A stretch of DNA of 55,625 bases, filler included, from Platydemus manokwari (lineage: Eukaryota): the NCBI GenBank assembly GCA_037951405.1. It is 5 parts of 5 records of this genome, joined end to end, with 100 filler letters (N's around TTAATTAATTAA, not from the genome) between each part and the next. Parts side by side here need not be neighbours in the genome. Positions count along the whole stretch, not along the records: positions 24,402 to 35,937 come from JBBMOY010615549.1; positions 36,038 to 45,503 come from JBBMOY011245541.1; 3 more parts are not named here. The stretch is one strand, 5' to 3'. Positions 24,402-37,660 of this stretch are shown piece after piece. The position numbers and the translations under genes are program-made. The notes beneath the pieces are model-generated. The model had not been told where the DNA came from. It did no database searches and saw nothing but the letters and a program-made list of their open reading frames with translations. Positions within the stretch are counted from its first letter, which is position 1; each line of letters starts with the position of its first letter.

Positions 24402-27400
24402 AGATTCATCAGTAGTTGTGTTCGATTATCAGTAAAGAAACGAATCGAATTGAATCAGCTTTTAAAAGAATCATATTTTAAATGAATAAATTAATTATTT
24501 GAGTAATTGTTTAGTATTTCAATACATGATTTAATTATTTTTGGAAAATGTAATGATAAAGTTAATTTTTATTTGTAAATATTATGTAACAAAAATGAAA
24601 TGAACATTTTACTTATTGAATGGTGTAAAACACAATCGATATTATTATTTTGGTTTTATAAGTTGTTGATATTCATATTCTTATTATATTAGATATTTAA
24701 TGGAAATTATCAACAAAACATTATAACCCACAACAATATTTTATTTTAATTTAACTTTTATTTTAATATAAACAATTGATATATATGGTTGAACAAGAAA
24801 GATTTGTTTATCTTAAATATTTTTTGCTATATAATGTCAGATATAGGGCCTCAATAATTCAAACATTAATCAAAATTATGCAAAATAGTCCCGGTATTAG
24901 CAAGTTCATTTTTCAAAGTATTACCGAGAATACAAGGTTAAATTCTCGTAATTGAAACAACTAGTTAATATAAAAATTAATTGATATTATTACTCACTAA
25001 TTAAGTTAGTTTCAACTATTTAAAGTTTTATTATCGCAATAAGAAATTTACGTATGGAAATGTTTAGATAATCTTCATAACTATTAAAATTTAAATCATT
25101 CCAGAATTAATGTCACAAACATGTCTCTTGTTGGAGAAATTTTTGTGTCTCTGGAATCAATGGAAGATTGTTCAAATATTTATTAATTAATTTTATTTAG
25201 GTCTATTTCTTTAAAGTTATGTATAGAAAAATTATACGATTTGGCCCAAAATAGAATTGAACAATCAGATTTGAACCTATGGGATAAAAATTGTTTACAT
25301 TAAGTTATAAAAAAATTAATACGAATTAAATGATAAGAATTAGTGGACACCCAAATAATGCAAAGACAATTCCTAAAGAATTATGTAACAAGAGTAATTG
25401 AGATTTTAATGAAATATTTTAATATAAAATTTATTATCATTATTAGAATTTTGTCATTAAGATCTATTGAGATATTTTATTATAATGTCAAATTTTGTAT
25501 TTAATTCATATTTTATTTTGTTATTAATATTTTTATATGATTTGTAAATAAATAATATGTAAATAACTTAAATAATTCTCTCATAAAATTACAATTCACG
25601 TGTATTTACAAATTTATTACAAATTAAACATTGTTCTTATTCTTATCCTTTCATTATATATTCGTGTATTTTTTATTATTTATGAAGAATGTATAAGGTA
25701 GGCCTGCAATGAAAATGATTTATAAAATGACTTACAATTATGCAAGATTCCTACTGACAGTATCTATATATTTAAGGATCTTAATAGGTATTTTTTTTAA
25801 TATATTTGAAGTAACAATAGATCTTGAAAAATGGATTCGAGGGTTATATATTCGTTGAACTAGGTGACAAGATTCCATCGAAGATTGATCAATAAAAAAT
25901 TAGATCATTTCCAGAATTGAGAATTATTACCATAGATTCATTTAAGATTGTGCAATGATCGATTCTTCTGTTTGCCATTATGTCCAAAACTAAAAAAAAA
26001 TTGGATTGAATAGAGTGCGGTGAAAGATTTCAATTTTAAAAGAGTGGTTGTTAAGCTATCAATTTTATCTTTTCCTACTAGAATAAAGAGTTTATACTAG
26101 ATAACGATAACAAGCCAAATGAATATTATTAGTAGCTATAAGTAGGGATTTAATTTTGATGTACATGATTTTTATTTATTTATGGTTTGATTTGTCGGTT
26201 TGATTCCTCAAAAACCATAGTAAAAATCCTGAAAATAAATAATGAAGAAAATTCGGAAAATTTGTTTCATATAGTCAACTTCTGGACAATTGCTTAGCCA
26301 AAATAATTATTAGAACGAAAATGTCAAGCTCGAGAATTAAAGTAAAATGAATTTTCAAAATAATAAATGTGAAAGTAGATATAAACAATGAGAAGTAATT
26401 GAGAGTATGGAAAATATTAATCTGAATAAATAAGTCTATATAAAAGAATAGAATAAAATTATTTAAAAAAATTATTTTTGTTTAGTTTATTGATTATCAA
26501 AGCTACTTTAAAGTAGTTACACAGTTAATCCTGTTCAAAATGAACACTAGTGTTCCAATTTTTCCAATTGTTCATATTACAACATAATGGGAACATTTAT
26601 TAACATACATAAATTTAGAATAGTATTTAGAGATTCTTAAATAAATTGAAAAAAATAATAAGTGGATAAATTTAAGACCTATCAATTATTATTAACAACA
26701 TCATAAAGAAATAATTAATTTTGATATTTATTTTTAATGTTTATCCATAGCACTGCTATAATATTTGTTTATTATATGCTGATAGTCTCATTTTATGACT
26801 TTGATTATTTACATTAATTAATGCAGTTTCAATTTATGTAATTTAATTATTTATCACATCATTTCACCAGATCACATGATTATTTATTTAGATTTGATGG
26901 TTGTGTTATTTGGCCATTGTTATCGTCTATGAACATCAATATAATATTAATAATTTTATTATTTAGAATTCATTGATAACAAACATTAAAGTTTGTTTTA
27001 ATATTAATATTAGACTAATATTTATTTTATTCAATTATTAAGTCACTGTTTCGCATGATAAGCTAATCTTAATTATCTGCATGAATTAAAATATAAAGAA
27101 GATATGTTATAGTCTAACAGATTCAATTTCAACACTCCAAACTCAATGATGTGATCATAAGCTATGAATAGGGGTATTTCAATATCTTTCCAAAGTGTGT
27201 TACATTTGAATATGCAATTGAAATCAATTATTTTTCCAATCTAATTCAAGGTAAGATTTTAACGATTTTTTAGCATTAAATATGATGAATTTAAATTTAT
27301 TGTTAAAATCAAATTTTTCTGAACTGTAAGTGTCATTTTAATATATATTCAATTTTTCACTTTCGTTAAATACGACCATCATGGATTTATACAGTCTTTA

Positions 27401-28837
27401 CAAAAATTAAATCGAATATTAATCCTGAATAATAGCTGTTCCTTGTGATTCTTTATAAAGGAAAGTTAAATTTGTTATTGAAAGTTGATTGATCATCGTT
27501 TATTTAATAAAATCTGTCGATAATCTGAAAATGATGTGAAAATAGGATGATTGATTATTGAAGTTGATAGTGTTGAATGACTGTTAAAATAATTCCAAAA
27601 CCGATTAAAATTATATTTTAATTTTGATGGATATTAATTATTATCAGACTTAATAAACTATGATATAAATGAAAACATCGATTTAATAAATATGAAAAAC
27701 CAACTCAAAATATTTGATCAATAAATGAGATAAAACCGATGCCAAATAATCCTTCTTATTGTGCTGCTTGTAATTTGAGAAGAGGCTCGCTCCGTAGAAT
27801 AACGCTTTCGATTAGATTTAATTTTGCAATTATAATTATGCTCTGTATGATTTTAAATTGATTTTTTTTATAATTTTTATAGAAAAGTTATTTTATAAAT
27901 AGAATTTGTTTATCAACATTTTGAATTGTTATTTTTTGAATTTCAAGAGAATATTTTATCTTTATTACTTTATGGGTGTTTTCCAAGGTGTGCCAAGAAT
28001 ACCGTTTTGAACTCACCCATTATTTATTTCTTATATTATTTTCACATCAACATTTGCGTGTTGAAATCGTAGTATACTCCGGGTTAATTCCCCCTCCCCG
28101 TATTTTCTCTACTTAATTGGAAGAATCTCTTCGACGAATTTTTCCAAATTGTATTTCAATTCGAATACCTTTTGTGGTTTCATAAAATTGTAAACTTTTC
28201 TTGTTGAAAGATATTTGATTTGAGAATTTGTATATTACAGTGAACATGTTTAAAAATCATTCATGATGATGTAATATTATCAAATTCATTTGAGATTATA
28301 TTGGCTAGTAGTAACTGACAATGAAGCAATTATACAATCATTTATCAACATGCAAACACATACATACATATCAGCACCTTAACGATACATTTATCCGCCT
28401 ATGAATATTCATTACGCGTCGAATTGTTTTATAATATTAATATTGCTTTTGAGGTATTGATTCATTTTAAATAGGAAGTTTTTGACAAAATTTTAAATTT
28501 GAATCTGTTTATTTACTTTTACATTATAGGTTATGATAAAGTATTTGTCTTTATTACTTTCTAAGATTGAAGCATGGTCTGAGAAGTTTTTCAAATGCAT
28601 GAATATATAGGTCACATTCATATAGTGGTCATTCAATGATGTTTCGGCGAAGACTCTTCATTGTGTTTCATCTTCCAATTGGCATATTAAATTTTAACTA
28701 GGGTGTTTATTCATTTGCACATATGTTGTATATTTGTTGACAAAGTGTTCTAGTTTCTTTCTAAGATTATAGCAAAACAGTAGTAAGTGTAACACCGAAT
28801 TTTATTTACATAAGACTTTAATTTAACGAGTATTATT

Positions 28838-30220
28838 TTGAATTTATTTATTGATGTAAATTTAATTTTATAAGAATTTCAACAACAAAGTTTTCAGTAA
28901 AATTGCTGTTAGAAGCAATTGTAATTAAAAAACATACATTTATACTAGATATTAAGATTAATTTTAGACCTATTTCACAAAAGCAATGTAACTATGGACA
29001 ACATTGAGATGTAATACCTATTATAATAAATTAATAAGAAACATTTAAATATTTAACAGCAACTAATTCATTCTAAATATATTTGAATTAAAAACAAAAT
29101 GAAATGAACTTATAATTAAAATTCTGCTTCGAAGTATAATAATAATATTTGGTATCAGTCTCAATAATTAAAGTTAACTGTAATACTTGGTATTAAAAAA
29201 TTATGTCTAGTTGTTATTAACAATCGTATTTTACTGTAATTGACTTTGGTAATCGCTTTTCTTTCAAAAATGATAAATTCTCTGAATTTTGTTTTGGTCT
29301 TTCCCTTTTTAATTTCTAGTTAATAAATGGTTCCGCAATTTATATACTTTTAATGCTCCTTGACTACAATTACGTAATCTATAATCTGGAAACTGTTATT
29401 TAATTTCTCATTTTGATTTGAGAGTTTTTTAATAATTTTGTTTCTCGTAGATTGATAAATATATTAACCACAAGACAATGCTTATAATAATATTATATCT
29501 TAAAATCGATCGACATCTCTTACTAATGTCTTTCACAACGGAATCTTGCTTCAAGTTGGAATTTAGCACTGCCACAACAAGTCTGTGGACTATTATATTG
29601 AAGGTGACGAACAATAAGTTCTCCAATTGTCGAACACTTACAGGTTCTATAATCATATCCATTATAGATTTTTTTATTGTGAATGTATCTTAGCGTTTGT
29701 TTGTCAATGTTAAATTAATGCATATTTCTACTACTCTTCTCATCATTGTTTTGATTTAAGAAGACAGTTTTGAAAATCCAAATAAGTACAAATTTTTTCA
29801 ATACCTAAAGTAACATCTTTGACTGACCACATATTTCTTTCATCATTTTTTGCATTATTTGGTAATAATTTCCTTCAATCTTTGTTGTATTACTTCGTTT
29901 CGTTTTGACCCATTACTATTTTATAAAGCACGTCTTGAAAATGAATTGAAAAATCATTTTTATGAAATCTTTGTTGTATTACTTCGTTTTGTTTTGAGAC
30001 ATTACTATTTTATAAAGCACGCATTGAAAATGAATTGAAAAATCATTTTTATGAAATCTTCGAATATTATATTATATATTTTAATAATTAATAAAATATT
30101 GTTAATTCCTGACACAAGCTATTAATGATTTTTGTTGTTTTCCTTTCTAGAATTTAGTTAAAAATTTATCTTTATTTGTTATAAGTTTTCACAGTTACAA
30201 ATTGATGAAAAATAATTTAC
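28838..30220 (-). repeat. Copy 1 of a ~1.4-kb tandem duplication carrying a decayed ORF
   Basis: Colinear with 30227-31690 (e.g. GACCTATTTCACAAAAGCAATGTAACTATG, TTGATTTAAGAAGACAGTTTTGAAAAT, ACAGTTACAAATTGATGAAAA); ORF 29429-29662 is paralogous to 30856-31170. Confidence 0.9.
29877..30060 (+). repeat. 89-bp tandem duplication nested in copy 1
   Basis: The unit AATCTTTGTTGTATTACTTCG...CATTTTTATGA starts at 29877 and again at 29966; it is single-copy in the sister segment. Confidence 0.9.
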
Positions 30221-30226
30221 TTATGT

Positions 30227-31690
30227 TGAATTTATTTATTGGTGTATAAATTTTATAAGAATCTCAACAACAATTTTTCCAGTAAAATTACTGGTAGAAG
30301 AAATTGTAATAAAACAAGAATTTTATGCATTATATTGTGATTTATTTTCGACCTATTTCACAAAAGCAATGTAACTATGAACAACATTGATGTGCAATAC
30401 CAAGTAAAATAAATTAATAAGAAACATTCCAAAATTTAACTGCAAATAATTCATTCTAAATATATTTGAATTAAAATTAAAATGAAATGAACTTATAATT
30501 ACAGTTCCATTTCAAGGTAAAATAATAATGGTTGAATTATGTCTAGCTATTATTAAGAAACTTAGTTTCCTGTGATCGAGTTTGATAACCGCTTTTCTGT
30601 CAAAAATGACAGTTGATAAATGGTTCCGCAATTTAAATACTTTCATTGCTGCTTGACTGCAATCATGTAACCTATAATCTGAAAATTGCCATTTAATTTC
30701 TCATTTAGTTTTCTTTAATTGAACCGTAAATGATTTTGATTTGAGACTATTTTTGTTTCTCGTAGGTTGATAAATTTATTTTACTACAAATGAATGCTTC
30801 TAATAATATTTCGTTTTGAGTATTGAATTGAGATTTTGGATTGAGTGTTGTGTATTTATAATGGTTGTTTCGAATACCATTTTGGTAAGACATTTTCTGG
30901 CTTAGAGGTTGTATTGACTGTCTGGGAATCTGATTGCATACTCTGTTCTCTATTCTCGAATACTTTAGAAGCGCTGATAACTTCCGACATAGTCATGTCT
31001 ATTTTTGGCCAAAAAATCGATTGTAATCTCTTACTGATGATGTTTTTCACAATAGAATCCTGGTTCGAGTTGGAATTTAGTACTGCCCCAACTAATCTGT
31101 GAGCCTCATGTTGAAGGTGACGAACAGTACTTTCTCCAATTGTTGAATATTTTTCTATAATTATATCCATTATGGATTTTTTTTATTGTGAATGTTTCTT
31201 AAAACCACGATTTAGCTTATTTTCAGACATGTGCTTATATCCCGATTTAGTGCTTATTTGCCAATGTTAAATTGATGAACATTTCTACTATTCTTTTCAT
31301 AATTGTTCACTGTTTTGATTTAAGAAGACAGTTTTGAAAATTCAAAGACTACAAATTTTCTTCAATACCTAAAGTAACATCTTTGACTGATAATGTATTT
31401 CTTTCGTTCTTTTTCTTCATTATTTGATAATAATTTTCTTCAAACTTTGTATTATTTTGTTTCGTTTTAACCCACTATTATTTTATAAAGCACGTATTGA
31501 AAATGAATGGAAAAGTTATTTTTATGAAATCTTCGAATATTATATTATATATTTTAATAATTAATAAAATGTTGTTAATTCCTGACACGAGCTATTAATG
31601 ATTTTTGTTGTTTTCCTTTCGGGAATTTAGTTAAAAATTTATCTTTATGTTTATTTAGCTTTACAGTTACAAATTGATGAAAACTAATTT
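30227..31690 (-). pseudogene. Copy 2 of the tandem duplication; decayed coding sequence of unknown family
   Basis: The 104-aa ORF (MDIIIEKYSTIGESTVRHLQHEAHRLVGAVLNSNSNQDSIVKNIISKRLQ...) continues upstream in the same frame through several stops (ENYYQIMKKKNERNTLSVKDVTLGIEENL*SLNFQNCLLK...). Confidence 0.65.
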
Positions 31691-31829
31691 GATATATTAT
31701 AGATAAATTTTGACTTAATTTGAATTCTTAATATCTATTTTTCCGATATTCTTATTCGAGATTTCTAAATTTCTTTTCATTTGCTTTACAACATTACCGC
31801 ATAGCTCTGTTATACACTCTTAATTATGG

Positions 31830-31980
31830 CTAGTCATTGTTGGAGACTTAGTATTCCATCTCAGCGGACATTCTTGGATTTTCTTTGGTTCTTATGAGCC
31901 TTTTAAGTAGCTTAGGTATCTCTGAGCAATACTATTATTTGCTTCTCGTCCAGTTCGATATTCGACCGGACCTTGTCGTT
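31830..31980 (-). mobile_element. Possible hAT transposase fragment
   Basis: The minus frame ...YLKGS*EPKKIQECPLRWNTKSPTM resembles the hAT motif LxQDxxTRWNS; only one motif is seen. Confidence 0.3.
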
Positions 31981-33212
31981 TTAGATTTACACTAATTTAT
32001 GAAATGAAAATGTTTTATGAAATCCTATAATGCAATAATTTGAATAGTTTGAATACGCAGTGGAATCATTATGCAACGTTTGATCGAAAATTTTTCGAAA
32101 AAATAATATGCGATTCTAGTTAATATATTACTTGTTAATGAATTTAATGACTCATTCCTGATCTTTGTCTTAGTTCATGTTGCCAAGATTTATTATAAGT
32201 CAAGTTTGAATAGCACTTGAACTCATTGGTTCGTTGTGAACACATTTCAAAATCCTCAGTCGCAGTTTCGTATAGTTCATCGAAAATTTGAGCTAAAATC
32301 TAAAAGATTAGTAACCATAACAAAACCACCTCTTGGCGAATTATCTGTAATCTAAAGATAAATGTAAATTTATAATTAATCATATAGCCTATAAATGATT
32401 TTTAATATATTTCCCGGTAGTTTACTTGGTTGGCATGGTATCATGTTTTAATATTTAAATATAGATTAAATTTACACGGCAATGTAAAATTAAAATTTTA
32501 TTTTATTATGAATATCAATATATTTTTTACTTATTTGCTGTAGTTTCCAATCATATGTTTATTGCTTAAAATATAAAACATAATAAATAATTTGACAGCT
32601 ATCGATATTAGTTCTCATTCTGATTTAGTTGAAATATGTGTATTGGTTTTGTTGTAACAAATATAAATATGCTTTCGAACTAATATCAATATATTTTTAT
32701 TTCCTTATTACCAATATCGATTTTCTCAAATTAGGACAGATTATCGAATTAATTATCGCATTCCGAAATGTATGTCCTATTGGCATATGTTGATTTTGAT
32801 GATTGGAATGTTTTATTTTATCTCATTAATTGTAGATATTGTTTATTTCAATCATCTTTATTATCAATTAATATTTCATTAATGTTTATTAATTGCAAAC
32901 GACTTATTTTATTGGCTCTAATATTTTTATCTGAGAAATTTTATAAAACGGTTTTGATTTGTTATTGATATAATTAGGTAGAAATATAATTTCAAAAACT
33001 TATATGTGTTGATTTATGCTGATTTATTATTGTTAAAATGTTGATTTTTACTGCATGACAGGGAATTATCGATATTCCGGAATATTCGATAATTTATATA
33101 AATTAATAAGTGTAAACTCAATATTATAATAAAAACAATTTATTTACTGATAATACAGTATTTCCATTTTAATATCATTCGATATAACAGTGAAACGAAA
33201 TATTAAGACTTC

Positions 33213-33374
33213 GAGGGTCGGCAGACAGATTTTATAACCGTTTCTGTGAGAATAAAAACAGTCGATAAAATAATATTACATTTGTCATGACTTTTCCGTG
33301 CACAGATGTTACAGGTGATTGATGTTTTCCACTTGAATCTGAATATTACTTTTTATTCATGTTTTCGTACATAT
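33213..33374 (+). repeat. Copy 1 of a ~160-bp direct repeat (copy 2 at 33835-33997)
   Basis: CAGACAGATTTTATAACCGTTTCTGTGAGAATAAAAACAGTCGATAA is identical in both; both end TTATTCATGTTTTCGTACATAT. Confidence 0.88.
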
Positions 33375-33834
33375 AATTTATTCACGACTTACTGTAGTAA
33401 TTCTTCAAAATTTAGGTCATAAGCCCGATCCGTAAGTTAGATAAACCGGTGCATAAACTAACCTCGATGCTCATCTGGTTTATCATTAATTTTTTGTTTT
33501 GTTCTAGTATTGCCAAAAATGTATATTCTATTTGGAGTTATGATGCGATTGATGAATTATTGTGAATTTTTAAATGTTCACTTTATCATTTATATTTTTT
33601 AAAAATTCCTGTTGATTATATTAAAATAAAGTGAAGCATTTCATTGGCTTTTTAGGAAAACATCTCAAATTAAAAAGTAAAATTAAATTAGCACGAACAA
33701 TTTTCCTTTACCGATTTTAATCATACGAACTATTAATGGAATTTGATTATATCCATGATAATTTCTTAACTGTGAAGGTAGATCCGAAACGTATGTTGCA
33801 TGTATAGATTCGAGTATAATTTATATATATCATT

Positions 33835-33997
33835 GAGGGTCACCAGACAGATTTTATAACCGTTTCTGTGAGAATAAAAACAGTCGATAAGTTAATTTTA
33901 TAATTGTCACGATTTTTTCCTGCACATATGTGGCAGGTAAGGTTTGATATTTTTCGTTGGAATCTTAATATGACTTTATTCATGTTTTCGTACATAT
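33835..33997 (+). repeat. Copy 2 of the ~160-bp direct repeat
   Basis: Aligns to 33213-33374. Confidence 0.88.
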
Positions 33998-35258
33998 TGC
34001 CACTCATCTTTGGTGATAATGAGATCTATGGAGAAGGATGTCAAATTTTTTTTGAGAATTTTGATGTGGTAAATTTATGATTTAATAATTCCCTTTCGAG
34101 AAATACTAACATTAATTATAATAAATAGAAATTATTCATATTTTCTGTCTTTCTGTCTTGTTTGATTACTTTTATTATTTTCAAAATTTCTTGTTCCTGG
34201 ATAACGACGTATATGTACCAATATGAGGTGAGATTCGAAAAAAAGGTTTTCAATTTCTGTTTTCGGTAGAATCATTGTAGTCACAATATAATGGGTGAAA
34301 AATAAATTTATTCAACAAAAGGAGTTACAGGCTGTAAAAATTATTTGAAATATCGGTTGCTCTTTTTAAGTCAATATGAGACATCTTCAAAATAATAACA
34401 CGCGTTGATTTCAACATTTGTTATCTCTGAAAAGAAGGTGGGCCACCAATTATGAGCTTCTTATTGGATTTTAAAAGACCAAAAGACTAGTGCTAGTCGT
34501 CGGTTTCTAGTTAATTATTAAAACAATAATAAAAAGAAATGTCATAACTTGAATATTCTTGTAATGATTCAAAAATAATAAAAAAAATTAATAGCTTTTC
34601 TTAAAATACATAGTTTAAAAATGTGCTGTAGAAATGATTGTGCTTGAAAAATCGTCAATCACCAATGTGCGTGGGGTGACTATTTGCACTTGCTTATATG
34701 GTATTTTTCGTTATTGTATTCGTTCACAATGTGTTTAGTTAGAGTTATTTTATATTTAGTAACACTTACGTGAATTCTAAATTTAGTTTCAATCCACAAT
34801 TTTAGTTGACAGTTACTATTAAAATGGGTCAATCTCTTTTAAGCGCTTACGTAATTAATATAATAACTTTGTGATTGAATACTTGTGACCTTGAGGTCAT
34901 CAAAACAATTTATTCTTTGTATACCAATAATTTCAGTTATAAAGAAAATCAATTTTAAAAAACTCACGCTGTTAAGTTGTACTACAATAAATATAACAGC
35001 ACACTACCTAAAAATTTTATTTTTAATAAATTTTTCTTGTTTAAGAAAATTTTTGGTATTTCTTTATCTAAAATATTGTATTAATATTGTATTTTGTTAT
35101 CTCAGATGGTTCCGCACGATACTGTTTCAATTTATTACATGTGTGTAACTATTTTTAGTAACTTCTATGCTTAATATCATGTATTACTATTTTCTTGTCC
35201 AATGCATTAGTTATTTGTAGTGTTCTGTCTACCGGCCTGTTTCCGGATTTGTACTAAT

Positions 35259-35440
35259 CTTTGAATAATATCATTTCCTGAATTTAAATACTATCTGATC
35301 AACGCTACAAATAATCTTCTATTTTTGGATAATTCGATTTTGGTCTGGTACTCTTTGAATATAACCACTTCCTAAATTTTAGTGCTCTGATCAATGCTGA
35401 AAATAATCTTCTCGATTTGATCCATTCAATTCTTGTCTAA
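35259..35440. repeat. Diverged ~93-bp tandem dimer
   Basis: CTTTGAATA...TTCCT...CTGATCAA.GCT..AAATAATCTTCT recurs with a period of 92-94. Confidence 0.65.
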
Positions 35441-35937
35441 TAATTCTGATAATCGACTGTCAATTACCACCACCTTTATAGAAAATTTTTGCTAGCAACA
35501 ATTGCAGAAAAATTCCCTACATGCACAGTCAACTCCTACATTCAGATCAATATCTCCTGATATAGATCTATAATTTCCTTTTTAGGAAATTATGTACTAA
35601 TTATTTATTTTAATTCACTTAAACAACAAAATATTTTCTAATAATAATGTTGGGTCTACTGGGTGTAGAACATAACAATTCTCGTTAATAGCCTGACTCC
35701 AAAATCAAAACAAAGTTGCACACTAAGTTATATTTAAATAACAATATATACAAACTTTAGATTATATCAACAAGGACCTAACCCCTATTAAAGTTCTCTT
35801 AAAAATAATTAAACAAGGAACAGGTCCGCTTCACAAATCTGGTGTACTGGCCGAGGGACTACAATGTAGAATGACTAAACAACAGAGCACAAAGAAAGCT
35901 TTAAAATGATATATTATATGAATAATTTTCATAAGAT

Positions 35938-36037
35938 NNNNNNNNNNNNNNNNNNNNNNNNNNNNNNNNNNNNNNNNNNNNTTAATTAATTAANNNNNNN
36001 NNNNNNNNNNNNNNNNNNNNNNNNNNNNNNNNNNNNN
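35938..36037. other. Artificial contig spacer
   Basis: 44N-TTAATTAATTAA-44N. Confidence 0.97.
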
Positions 36038-36057
36038 AAATTTTAAGGTTATACACC

Positions 36058-36115
36058 TAATAATAACAACAACAATAATAATAATAATAATAATAACAAT
36101 AATAATAATAATAAC
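36058..36115. repeat. (AAT/AAC)n microsatellite
   Basis: Direct reading. Confidence 0.9.
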
Positions 36116-36929
36116 TCTTCCTTCACGTCACATGTGTTTTGCTGTCTATCGCTATATATAAATGAAATTATAAAATAAATTTCGTTATTTAAAACAAATT
36201 TTAATATCTCTAACATTAGAATTTAGCTTGAAACTTATTTAAGGACGATCCTACATGAAACGGATTAATATCTAAATTTGCATCATTAATTATTGGTGTG
36301 TACAATACAAATATTTTTTTTCGTCTAGAAATGCTAAGAAATAATTATTTATAGAAACACATACACGTATATATGCTATAACTGTAGTCATGACAACAGT
36401 GCCACCTAATCACAAGTTACAGAATAGCGCATTTTTGATCGAAAAAATAGAAATATCTCGAGAACAAGTTAATGGAAAAGCTCTGGATTTTTTAAAACAA
36501 TTAAATTCAACGGAGTCTGACCATCGGAAACTGATCGATGTTGAAAACCCAAGTTATACAGGTTGACATGTTTATTGGAAATTATTGATGTTTTCATCGA
36601 AATTGTGTTGATAAAATGAAACAAAAAATAGATTCGGTCAATTTTCTCGACAGAATCATTGATTTAAAGGGAAAAAGTTTCTTTAAAAATTCCTAAATAA
36701 AAATGAGGGGTCACACACCCCTCCGCGACCAACGAAAAATCAAAACAAAATCCAATGCCAGACAGGTTAACACATTTGGAATTTCATCGATTTACGGCAA
36801 TAAATGCCAGTCTCAAAGTGTTAGATCGATTTTATTCAAAAATGGCGCAAAATAAAAATCCATCCAAAATAATAAACAAAAATTTATCCACACAACGATT
36901 GCGCAATCTAATCAATAAATCAAACGTAC

Positions 36930-37660
36930 CGGAATAAAGCCATTGCATTGGCCGGAGTTTATAAAACCCTAAAAATAAGACAAACGTTTTAATTTTTTCT
37001 TATTTTCATTTTTATTAACGAAAAAAAATTAAAAATAAATACGAAAAAATAGTGGATAAAAATGATTACATAATCGTGGAATGCTTTAGCTTCATTGGAA
37101 TGTTCGGTTGTATCTCTTCGTTCTGGTGCTGCACAGTACAGATCCCAAAAAACGCTGGAAAAAATGACATTGGATAAATTGCAAAATGATTCGATGTGTT
37201 TTTTTTTATTTTATAATTTGCGTCTAATTTATTTGATTTGAATAAATTAAGATGATAGTTTTATTTTCATTGGAAAAAAAATAGACAAAGATACAAATAA
37301 ATAAAATAATCAACCTCCACCATGAGAATAAAAATCCCGGTGGTTCACTTAATTGTACTGTTCGATCCCATTGAATCTAAATTTGATTGATTGTTTTGAT
37401 TATAATAACTCATATTCGTCATTAAAAATCAAATAGACCAACCTCTTTGAAGAATGTTTGAGCAGCTTTAGGTGCTCCAACGTGAGTTAAATATTCATAA
37501 ACATATAACGCTAATCTAAAAATTCAATCAATTAACACCAGTTATAGCAGATTTATATCCATAAATGCATATATTTATAAATAAGAATTATTATGAAAAT
37601 TTACTTTTCTTTTGCCGGTGCATCAGAAGGTACACCTATATTCTTAGATTTGTGAAACAT
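36930..37660 (-). CDS. SSDP: Single-stranded DNA-binding protein SSDP (SSBP2/3/4 family, LUFS/LisH domain; LDB1/Chip partner), first five coding exons; 3' part missing
   Basis: Not in the ORF track. Exons 37660-37605, 37515-37443, 37376-37315, 37154-37070 and 36968-36930 (all GT-AG, phases consistent) give [105 protein letters not shown], the highly conserved LUFS domain. Confidence 0.96.
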
